A stretch of DNA of 64,000 nucleotides from Candidatus Eiseniibacteriota bacterium (GTDB lineage: Bacteria > Eisenbacteria > RBG-16-71-46), in contig OY970178.1 of the NCBI GenBank assembly GCA_963707915.1, positions 832,001 to 896,000 on the forward strand, given 5' to 3'. Below the pieces are notes generated by a model. It was not told where the DNA came from. It saw only the letters and a list, made by a program, of their open reading frames with translations, and made no database searches. This document shows positions 1 through 9,992 of the stretch, in pieces (positions within the stretch are counted from its first letter, which is position 1; each line of letters begins with the position of its first letter). The position numbers and the translations under genes are program-made.

Positions 1-2
1 AC

Positions 3-902
3 GGCAACGAGGCGCTGCGCGAGGAGGTCATGCTGCGCGCGCGCGACGGCACGCCCGTGCCGGTGAGCCTCACGACCTCCCTGCTGCGCGACGAGAAGCG
101 CGCCGTCTACGGCGCCATCGCCACCTTCGTCGACCTGACGCCGCTGAAGCGCGCCGAGGAGCGGGCCCGCCAGCTCGACCGGCTGGCCGCGCTGGGGCGC
201 TTCACCTCGAGCGTGGCGCACGAGATCCGCAACCCGCTCACCGGGATCGCGGCGGGGGTGCAGTACCTCGCGCGGGGCATCCCGCCGGCGGACCCGCAGC
301 GGGAGAACCTCGAGTTCATCCTGAAGGAGATCCGCCGGCTCGACCACATCGTGCAGGACCTCTTCGACATCACCCACCCGCGCGGGCTCCAGCTGCTGGC
401 CCGGCCGGTCGACGAGGCGGTGCAGCGCGCCGTCCAGTGCCTCGCGGCGCTGTGCGACACGCGCGGCGTCACCGTGGCGGTGGAGCTGGCGCCCCGCACC
501 CCGCCGGTCCCGCACGACTCCGACCAGATCGAACAGGTGCTCATCAACCTGCTCAAGAACGCGGTCGAGGCCTCGACGCCCGGTGGCACCGTGCGCGTGC
601 GGGTCGAGTCGACGCCCGCGGCGACCCGCGTGCGGGGCGCCGCCCGCCCCGGCCCCGCGCCGGGCGCGCCCGGCGTCCAGGTCCACGTCGAGGACGACGG
701 CTGCGGCATCGCGCCGGAGGCCCGGCATACCCTGTTCGAGCCGTTCTTCACCACCAAGCCCAACGGGACCGGGCTCGGACTCTACATCAGCCACGACATC
801 GTCAAACGCCACGGCGGCCGCCTGGCGGTCAGCAGCGAGCCCGGACGGGGCACCACCTTCACGGTGGAACTGCCCCTGGAGAACCACGGAGGGAACCCAT
901 GA
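3..902 (+). CDS. PAS-domain sensor histidine kinase (NtrB-like), 5' truncated by window edge
   Basis: PAC-like N-terminus; H-box VAHEIRNPL, N-box QVLINLLKNA, DDGCG, FEPFFTTK, GTGLGL; frame is open back to the window start. Confidence 0.92.
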   Translation, partial: GNEALREEVMLRARDGTPVPVSLTTSLLRDEKRAVYGAIATFVDLTPLKRAEERARQLDRLAALGRFTSSVAHEIRNPLTGIAAGVQYLARGIPPADPQRENLEFILKEIRRLDHIVQDLFDITHPRGLQLLARPVDEAVQRAVQCLAALCDTRGVTVAVELAPRTPPVPHDSDQIEQVLINLLKNAVEASTPGGTVRVRVESTPAATRVRGAARPGPAPGAPGVQVHVEDDGCGIAPEARHTLFEPFFTTKPNGTGLGLYISHDIVKRHGGRLAVSSEPGRGTTFTVELPLENHGGNP

Positions 903-2326
903 GCAAGGCCAACATCCTCGTGGTGGACGACCAGGAGTCGATCCGCCACTTCGTAAGCAAGGCGCTCGGCGACGAGGGCTACACGGTCCAGTCCACGGGC
1001 TGCCTGCGCGACGCCCGCCAGGTGCTCGACCACGACGTCCCCGACCTCGGCATCTTCGACGTCAAGCTGCCGGACGGGACCGGCATCGACCTGCTGCGCG
1101 AGGTCAAGCGGGCGCACCCGGAGATCCCGATCATCCTGATGACCGCCTTCGGGGAGATCGAGACGGCGGTCGAGGCGATGAGCGCCGGGGCCTACTGGTT
1201 CGTGAAGAAGCCCTTCCAGAACGAGGAGCTGCTGGCGCTCGTTGCCCGTGCGCTCGAATCGCAGAAGCTGTGGCTCGAGCTGCGGCGCCTGCGCAACACC
1301 GCCTTCACCGACGAGGACTACCTGCACTCCTCCAGCCCGCGCATGCAGGAGTGCTACGCCATCGCCGAGCAGGTGGCGCGCGGCGACACCACCAGCGTGC
1401 TGATCGAGGGGGAGAGCGGCACCGGCAAGGAGTACTTCGCCAACCTCATCCACCGGATGAGCGGCCGGCACGACAAGCCGTTCGTCGAGATCAACTGCGC
1501 CGCGATCCCGAGCGAGCTGCTCGAGAGCGAGCTGTTCGGCCACGAGAAGGGCGCCTTCACCGACGCCCGCGCCCAGAAGCAGGGCCTGCTCGAACTGGCG
1601 AACGGCGGCACGCTCTTCCTGGACGAGATCGGGGAGATGAGCGCCATGCTCCAGGTGAAGCTGCTGCGCGTCCTCGAGCGGCGCACCTTCAAGCGGGTCG
1701 GCGGGATGAAGGACATCTCGGTCAACGTGCGCATCATCTCGGCCACCAACGCCGACCTCGACCGCTCCGTGCAGGAGGGCCGGTTCCGCGAGGATCTCTA
1801 CTACCGCCTCAAGGTCGTGCCCCTCTTCGTGCCGCCGCTGCGCGAGCGCAAGGAGGACATCCTGCCGCTCTCGCGCCTGTTCATGGACCGCTACGCGCGC
1901 CAGTTCCGAAAGGCCTTCCGCGAGATCGGCCCCGCCGCCGAGCGCGTCCTGCTCGACTACCCGTGGCCCGGGAACATCCGCGAGCTCAAGAACATGTTCG
2001 AGCGCACCGTCCTGCTGGAGACCGGCGAGCGCCTCGAGCCGCACCACCTCAAGCTGGGCACGCGTCCCCCGGCGGACGCCGAGCTCAGCGTGGGGCAGAA
2101 GCTCGACGAGTTCCTCAACGGCTCGGCGCTGGCGGAGGGCATCCCCTTCGAGGACCTGATCGAGCAGGCGGAGCGCGCCTTGATTCTGCGTGCCTCGTGT
2201 GCTACGAACTGGAACCAGTCGAAGACGGCGGAGCTTCTCCAGCTGAAGCGCGACAAGCTGCGCTACCGCATGAAGCTCTACCAGATCAGCGGTCCCAAGG
2301 AAGGAGCTTTGGCTCCGGCGGAGTAG
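899..2326 (+). CDS. Sigma-54-dependent response regulator (REC-AAA+-Fis HTH, NtrC family)
   Basis: ATGA overlap with kinase stop; ILVVDD receiver; GESGTGKE Walker A; ESELFGHEKGAFTDA; FLDEIGE; WPGNIREL; C-terminal HTH. Confidence 0.95.
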   Translation: MSKANILVVDDQESIRHFVSKALGDEGYTVQSTGCLRDARQVLDHDVPDLGIFDVKLPDGTGIDLLREVKRAHPEIPIILMTAFGEIETAVEAMSAGAYWFVKKPFQNEELLALVARALESQKLWLELRRLRNTAFTDEDYLHSSSPRMQECYAIAEQVARGDTTSVLIEGESGTGKEYFANLIHRMSGRHDKPFVEINCAAIPSELLESELFGHEKGAFTDARAQKQGLLELANGGTLFLDEIGEMSAMLQVKLLRVLERRTFKRVGGMKDISVNVRIISATNADLDRSVQEGRFREDLYYRLKVVPLFVPPLRERKEDILPLSRLFMDRYARQFRKAFREIGPAAERVLLDYPWPGNIRELKNMFERTVLLETGERLEPHHLKLGTRPPADAELSVGQKLDEFLNGSALAEGIPFEDLIEQAERALILRASCATNWNQSKTAELLQLKRDKLRYRMKLYQISGPKEGALAPAE

Positions 2327-2374
2327 GTTTCCACGTCGCTTTCCCTGCGTTCCCAGGCCGGCCTTCTCGCCCTG

Positions 2375-2857
2375 GTGGCGGCGCTGCTCGGCGTCGGCTC
2401 GTGCGGCTACACCACGAGCCCGGCCTTGCTGCCGTCCCACCTGAAGACCGTGGCCATCCCGGTGTTCGAGAACGCCACGACCGAGTACACCCTCGAGCAG
2501 GACGTCACGAACGCGGTCGTCGAGCGCTTCGTGAAGGACAACCACCTGCGCGTCGTGGACGAACGCTCGGCCAACGCCGTCATCCGCGGCAAGCTCACCG
2601 GCTACAAGAACGCGGTCTTCGGCTTCTCCGCCGCCAGCCGCGCGCAGGAGTACCGCGTCACGCTGACCTGCTCCGTGGTGTTCAAGGACCTCGTGAAGAA
2701 CCGCGAGATCTGGAACGAGCCCGAACTGGTCAAGACGGCCAACTATTTCGTGGTGGACGTGCCGGGGGACTCGGCGCGCACGGAGCTCGATGGACGCAAG
2801 GAAGCCATCGCCAAGATCGCCGACGAGATCCTCACCCGCTCGGTCGAAGGCTGGTAG
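2375..2857 (+). CDS. lptE: LptE-family lipoprotein (start uncertain, may lie about 30-50 nt upstream)
   Basis: Lipobox VGS-C followed by GY; TVAIPVFENAT motif; neighbours holA and leuS as in the conserved leuS/lptE/holA cluster. Confidence 0.75.
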   Translation: MAALLGVGSCGYTTSPALLPSHLKTVAIPVFENATTEYTLEQDVTNAVVERFVKDNHLRVVDERSANAVIRGKLTGYKNAVFGFSAASRAQEYRVTLTCSVVFKDLVKNREIWNEPELVKTANYFVVDVPGDSARTELDGRKEAIAKIADEILTRSVEGW

Positions 2858-3923
2858 CCCGGCGGCGGCCGGAGCGGAGCGTCCCGCCGGCGCCCGGAGC
2901 GCGGGCGCCGCGCCGAAGCGCCCCGCCGCGGCCCGCGCGAGCGCGGCACCGGCCGGGCGCCGCGCCGCCGCGGACGGGCTCGAGCTGATCGAGCGCTTCC
3001 GCCGCGGCGATTTCCCCGCCACGCTCTACATCGAAGGGCCGAGCGAGTCCCTCAAGGCGGCCCTGCTCGCCGAACTGCGCCGGGCCTGGGCCCGCACCTG
3101 CCCCGAGGCACCGCTGGCGCGCGTCTTCCGCGCGGCCGAAGCCGGCGTCGAGGAGATCCTCGCCGCCTTCCAGGGCGCTTCGCTGTTCAGCCCGCGCGAC
3201 CTCATCCTGGTGCTCGAGGTCGAGGACCTCGGCCGCAGCGAGAAGCGCGTGGCCGCGCTGGCCGCCGGGCTGGCGACCCCGAGCGGCGGGTCGTGCCTGG
3301 TGCTCCACGAGTCGGAGGCCGACACGTTCCGCAAGTCGCTCGAGCCGCTGCGCGCCGCCTGCTCGCTGCACTGGAACGCCGAGCGGCCCGGCCGGCCGGA
3401 ACTGCTGCGCTGGGGCCAGCGCCGGCTCGCCGCCGCCGACCTCGACGTCGAGCCGGGCGTGGTCGAGGTCGTGGCCGACGCCTGCGAGGGCGATCCGCTC
3501 ACGTTCTTCAACGAGCTCGAGAAGCTCGACGTGGTCGCCCCGCTCGCCGACGGCCGCCGGCGCATCACGCGCGCGACCGCCGAGGCGATGCTCAAGCCGG
3601 TGCTCGGGGCGGACCTGCCCGACTACCTCTCCGCGGTGGCCCTGGGCCGCCCCGAGCAGGCCCGCCGCGCGCTCGCCCGGCTGCTCACGGCCGGGGCCGG
3701 CGAAGGCACGGTGATGTTCGCCCTGGCGAACCTGGTGGGCGGGGCGCTGGGGGGCTGGGCGCGGCACCGGGAGCTGAGCGCGGCACTCGCCCGGCGGTGC
3801 CCGCCGCGCGAGCTGGCGCGCGCGCTGGACGCCGTCTACCGCGCGGAGGCGGCCTGGAAGGGCGGCCGCGCCGACGTGGTCGCGGTGCTCGAGCAGGCGA
3901 CCCGGACGGTCTGCGGGGGCTGA
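2790..3923 (+). CDS. holA: DNA polymerase III delta subunit (divergent; start uncertain)
   Basis: LYIEG, SLFSPRDLILV and NELEKL motifs typical of HolA; context lptE-holA-leuS. Confidence 0.75.
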   Translation: MDARKPSPRSPTRSSPARSKAGSPAAAGAERPAGARSAGAAPKRPAAARASAAPAGRRAAADGLELIERFRRGDFPATLYIEGPSESLKAALLAELRRAWARTCPEAPLARVFRAAEAGVEEILAAFQGASLFSPRDLILVLEVEDLGRSEKRVAALAAGLATPSGGSCLVLHESEADTFRKSLEPLRAACSLHWNAERPGRPELLRWGQRRLAAADLDVEPGVVEVVADACEGDPLTFFNELEKLDVVAPLADGRRRITRATAEAMLKPVLGADLPDYLSAVALGRPEQARRALARLLTAGAGEGTVMFALANLVGGALGGWARHRELSAALARRCPPRELARALDAVYRAEAAWKGGRADVVAVLEQATRTVCGG

Positions 3924-4024
3924 GGCCGGGCGGCGCGGGCCGCGCCCGGCGTGACTCCACCCGCTCCATGCCGTAGTCTCCGGCGTCCCGATGCGCGCCG
4001 CTTCCCTCAACCTCCCAAGAGCCC

Positions 4025-6505
<2,481 letters not shown>

Positions 6506-6604
6506 GCCGGGGCCCGCGCCGCCGCACGCGGGGGAGGCGCTGTCGGCCCGGCCCGGGTAGCAGAAGCCACCCGGGAACCGGCTTGGTGGGCTGGTCCAGC
6601 GTTA

Positions 6605-6632
6605 GGTTGACATAATTACACTTATGCGACAT
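6605..6632. other. dif: dif site (XerC/XerD chromosome dimer resolution site)
   Basis: Minus strand reads ATGTCGCATAA-GTGTAA-TTATGTCAACC: 11-6-11 layout with the CATAA-N6-TTATG core of E. coli dif (GGTGCGCATAA-TGTATA-TTATGTTAAAT); AT-rich patch in a convergent intergenic gap. Confidence 0.88.
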
Positions 6633-6733
6633 ATGCTCGGATCCGCTCCTCCCGGCTCCTGAGCCCCCTGGGGAGTTCCTCCCGGGACCCGCCAGCCGCT
6701 CTCCCGCCTCCCGGATGGACCCATGTCCGTGCC

Positions 6734-7075
6734 CTAGGCCTTCGTTCCGCCCCGGTAGAGCCGGATCTGCACCTTCTCCAGCGTGGCGAGCCCCTCGACG
6801 ATGGCGGCGTCCACCAGCGGCATGAACGCCTCGATCCGCTCGCGCGTGTCCACGATCTCGATCACCACCGGCAGATCCTCGGAGAGCCTCAGGATCTTCG
6901 CGGTGTGCAGCCGGCTGTGGGCCCCGAAGCCCTCGATCCCGCGCAGCACCGTGGCCCCGGCCAGCCCCGCCTCGCGGGCCTTCAGCACCAGCCACTCGTA
7001 CAGCGGCTTGCCGTCGTACCGGTCGCCCTCGCCGATGAAGATGCGCAGCAGGTGGCCTTCCTCCGGGAGCTTCAT
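6734..7075 (-). CDS. DUF190 family PII-like protein (CrcB-associated)
   Basis: LLRIFIGEGD..GKPLYE, GATVLRGIEGFG, LSEDLPVVIEIVD; directly downstream of crcB. Confidence 0.92.
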   Translation of the reverse strand: MKLPEEGHLLRIFIGEGDRYDGKPLYEWLVLKAREAGLAGATVLRGIEGFGAHSRLHTAKILRLSEDLPVVIEIVDTRERIEAFMPLVDAAIVEGLATLEKVQIRLYRGGTKA

Positions 7076-7076
7076 C

Positions 7077-7463
7077 TCAACCTCCCCATGCCAGGCGGGC
7101 CATCACCGCACCGGCCCAGACCGCGCCCAGACCGCCCACGACCTGCAGGCCGGCCGACAGCGTCGCGGCCCCGACCTGCCCGTCGCGCAGCAACTGGAAC
7201 GTCTCGTAGCCGAACGTCGAGAACGTGGTGAAGCCACCGAGCACGCCGGCGAACAGGAACGCCCGCGTGGTCCCCGAGAACACCCCGCGCGATTCCGCCA
7301 GGCCGGCCAGCAGGCCGATCGCCAGGCAGCCCGCGACGTTCACGGCGAGCGTCTCGAGCGGGAACGACCAGCCGCTGCGGAGCCGGCCGATGAGCCCGCC
7401 CACCGCGTAGCGTCCCATCGAGCCGAGGGCGCCCCCCAGTCCCACCAGCCACATTCTCTCCAA
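7077..7463 (-). CDS. crcB: Fluoride efflux channel Fluc/CrcB
   Basis: GGALGSMGRY, TLAVNVAGC, GVLGGFTTFSTF; four TM segments; TTG start after GGAGG. Confidence 0.95.
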   Translation of the reverse strand: MERMWLVGLGGALGSMGRYAVGGLIGRLRSGWSFPLETLAVNVAGCLAIGLLAGLAESRGVFSGTTRAFLFAGVLGGFTTFSTFGYETFQLLRDGQVGAATLSAGLQVVGGLGAVWAGAVMARLAWGG

Positions 7464-7475
7464 TGGACCTCCTGC

Positions 7476-7509
7476 AAACAAAAGACCCCTGCCTTTCGTG
7501 GCAGGAGTC
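7476..7509 (-). terminator. Intrinsic terminator, expression platform of the fluoride riboswitch
   Basis: GACTCCTGCC-ACGAAA-GGCAGGGGTC stem-loop followed by TTTTGTTT; 5' arm overlaps the aptamer 3' end. Confidence 0.85.
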
Positions 7510-7553
7510 ATCAGCCCCGCGGGGCGGTTCGAGGCGAACCCCATCGCCTATTC
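7498..7553 (-). ncRNA. Fluoride riboswitch (crcB motif)
   Basis: TAGGCGATGGGGTTCGCCTCGAACCGCCCCGCGGGGCTGATGACTCCTGC matches the consensus GGCGATGG-GTTCGCC...AACCGC...GCTGATGAC-CC; lies upstream of crcB. Confidence 0.95.
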
Positions 7554-7563
7554 TGTGGTCCTC

Positions 7564-7592
7564 ACGGTAGCGCGCCCGCGACACGCGCGCAA
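7564..7592 (-). promoter_or_regulatory. Putative sigma-70 promoter for riboswitch-crcB
   Basis: TTGCGC-N17-TACCGT just upstream of the aptamer. Confidence 0.5.
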
Positions 7593-7645
7593 ACGCGCCT
7601 CCCTCCCGCGGCCTTCGCGGCCGACCTGAGGTGGTGCCTTCCCGG

Positions 7646-8326
7646 CTATTCCCCGAAACGGTAACGAAGCAGCGTCCAGAGCGCCGCGACGCCGTCCGTC
7701 CAGCGGACCTTCTTGCCCTCCGCCAGGGTCCGCCCGCGGTAGCGGATGGGCACCTCGTGGATGCGCACGCCGCGCCTGCGGACACGGGCCGTCACCTCGG
7801 GGCAGAACTCGAAACGGTCGCAGCGCAGCGGCAGGCTGCGGAGCAGGTCGGCGCGGAACGCCTTGTGGCACGTGGCCTCGTCCGTGATCCCGGCCCCGTA
7901 GAGCAGGTTCGCCGCGCCGGTCAGGAGATGGTTCGCGATCCGGTTCGCCGGCCTCATGCCCGTGATGGACCCGCGGAAGCGCGAGCCGTAGACCACCTGC
8001 GCCTCGCCCCGGACGATGGGCCCGACCAGTTCGGGGAACTGCGCGGGATCGTATTCCAGATCGGCATCCTGGATGACCACGACGTCCCCGGTCACCAGCG
8101 CGATCCCGGTCCGGATCGCGGCGCCCTTGCCCGCGTTGACCGGCTGGTAGCAGGTCACCAGCGGGCCCCGCCGCTTCTCCGCCTCGAGCAGCTCGCGGGT
8201 CCGGTCCGTGGAGGCGTCGTCCACCACGATGATCTCCTTCTCGATGTCCACCCGCCGGACCGCGTCCACGACCCGGACGATGTGCCGTTCCTCGTTGAAG
8301 CAGGGGATGATGACGGAGAGCTTCAA
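7646..8326 (-). CDS. Glycosyltransferase family 2 (DPM1-like polyprenol-phosphate sugar transferase)
   Basis: LSVIIPCFNEE, VVDDASTD, NAGKGAA, QDADLEYDP, VYGSRF. Confidence 0.92.
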   Translation of the reverse strand: MKLSVIIPCFNEERHIVRVVDAVRRVDIEKEIIVVDDASTDRTRELLEAEKRRGPLVTCYQPVNAGKGAAIRTGIALVTGDVVVIQDADLEYDPAQFPELVGPIVRGEAQVVYGSRFRGSITGMRPANRIANHLLTGAANLLYGAGITDEATCHKAFRADLLRSLPLRCDRFEFCPEVTARVRRRGVRIHEVPIRYRGRTLAEGKKVRWTDGVAALWTLLRYRFGE

Positions 8327-8574
8327 GGGAGGCTCGGGGTTGGCGTCCGCGCACGGTCGCGCCCGGACCCACCGGGCGGGCGAAGGGAGCATCTGGCATC
8401 ACGAGCCTACCCGCGGTCTCCCTGCCGCGCAACGGACGACGGCCGCGGGCCCCCGGCGGCGGCGGCCGTCGCCCCGCCCGGGGACGTTCCGCGCGCGGCG
8501 CGTGGGGGCGCGTGACCGCGCCGGGTGGGCTATGCTGCCCCCGGGCCCGAAGCGACCCGGGAGGTGACCGACCG

Positions 8575-9933
8575 ATGCGATCCGTGAACCCCGTGAACGG
8601 CGAGTCGATCCGCGAGTACGCGGAACACGACGAGGACGAGGTCGCCCGTCGCCTCGAGCTCGCGGGCGCGGCGTTCTTCGACTGGAGCCGGCGCCCGGTC
8701 GCGCAGCGCGTGGCGCCGCTGCGCTCCCTGGCGGCCGTCCTGCGCGACGGCCTGGCGTCCCACGCGGCGCTCATGACCGCCGAGATGGGCAAGCCCATCG
8801 CCCAGGCGGAGGCGGAGGTCGAGAAGTGCGCGGCCACCTGCGAGTGGTTCGCCGAGCACGCGGAGGGCCTGCTCGAGCCCGAGCCCGCGGCCACCGAGGC
8901 CACTGCCAGCTGCGTGCGCTTCGACCCGCTCGGCGTGGTGCTCGCGGTCATGCCGTGGAACTTCCCGTTCTGGCAGGTGATCCGTTGTGCCGCGCCGGCG
9001 CTGGCCGCGGGGAACCCGGTCGTGCTCAAGCACGCCTCGAACGTCCCGGGCTGCGCGCTCGCCCTCGAGGAAGCGTTTCGCCGGGCCGCCTTCCCGCCCG
9101 GTGCGTTCACCGCGCTGCTCGTCCCCGCGCGCGCGGTGGGCGAGGTCATCGCCCACCCGGCGGTGCGCGCGGTCTCGCTCACCGGCAGCGAGGCGGCGGG
9201 CCGGCAGGTGGCGGCGCTGGCCGGGGCCTCGCTCAAGCGGACCGTGCTCGAGCTGGGTGGCTCGGACGCCTTCGTCGTGCTGGCCGACGCCGACGTCGAG
9301 CACGCCGCACGCCAGGCGGCGCTGGCCCGCACCATCAACAACGGCCAGAGCTGCATCGCCGCCAAGCGCTTCATCGTCGAGGCGCCGGTCGCGGCGCGCT
9401 TCGAGGCGTCGTTCATCGCCGCCATGGCCGCGCTGCGCGTCGGCGACCCGCGGGACCGCGCGGTGCAGGTGGGCCCGCTCGCGCGCCCCGACCTGGTCGA
9501 CGAGTTGGAGGGCCAGGTGCGGCGCACGGTGGAGGCCGGGGCCGAACTGCGCCTGGGCGGCGCGCGCCGGGCGGGACCGGGCTGCTTCTTCCCCCCCACC
9601 GTCCTCACCGGCGTCGAGCCCGGGATGGCGGCCTTCGAGGAGGAGACCTTCGGCCCGGTCGCGCCGGTGACCCGCGCCCGCGACGCCGGGCACGCGCTCG
9701 AGCTGGCGAACCGCTCTCGCTACGGCCTCGGCGCCAGCCTGTGGACCGCCGACCTCGAGCGCGCCCGCGCGCTCGCCGCGGGGCTCGAGGCCGGCGCCGT
9801 CTTCGTCAACGAGACCGTCAAGTCGGATCCGCGGGTGCCCTTCGGCGGGGTGAAGGATTCGGGCTACGGCCGCGAGCTGGGGGCCTTCGGCCTGCGCGAG
9901 TTCGTGAACGTCAAGACGGTCTGGGTGAGATAG
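8575..9933 (+). CDS. NAD(P)-dependent succinate-semialdehyde dehydrogenase-like aldehyde dehydrogenase (Sad/GabD1 type)
   Basis: MPWNFPFWQ, LTGSEAAG, LELGGSDA, NNGQSCIAAKR, EETFGP, PFGGVKDSGYG; SD GGAGGT. Confidence 0.92.
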   Translation: MRSVNPVNGESIREYAEHDEDEVARRLELAGAAFFDWSRRPVAQRVAPLRSLAAVLRDGLASHAALMTAEMGKPIAQAEAEVEKCAATCEWFAEHAEGLLEPEPAATEATASCVRFDPLGVVLAVMPWNFPFWQVIRCAAPALAAGNPVVLKHASNVPGCALALEEAFRRAAFPPGAFTALLVPARAVGEVIAHPAVRAVSLTGSEAAGRQVAALAGASLKRTVLELGGSDAFVVLADADVEHAARQAALARTINNGQSCIAAKRFIVEAPVAARFEASFIAAMAALRVGDPRDRAVQVGPLARPDLVDELEGQVRRTVEAGAELRLGGARRAGPGCFFPPTVLTGVEPGMAAFEEETFGPVAPVTRARDAGHALELANRSRYGLGASLWTADLERARALAAGLEAGAVFVNETVKSDPRVPFGGVKDSGYGRELGAFGLREFVNVKTVWVR

Positions 9934-9971
9934 CACGCGCCCCGGGCCGGTCTCCGGCCCGGGGCGCGTGC
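9933..9971. terminator. Perfect 18-bp inverted repeat between convergent genes (probable bidirectional terminator)
   Basis: GCACGCGCCCCGGGCCGG-TCT-CCGGCCCGGGGCGCGTGC; no clear U-tract. Confidence 0.65.
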
Positions 9972-9992
9972 GCCGTCAGCGCAGCCGCCCGC

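Noticed and set aside
1549..1568. GAFTDA instead of GAFTGA as a sign of a sigma-54-independent activator
   Set aside because: The critical F and T are retained and this is a common natural variant.
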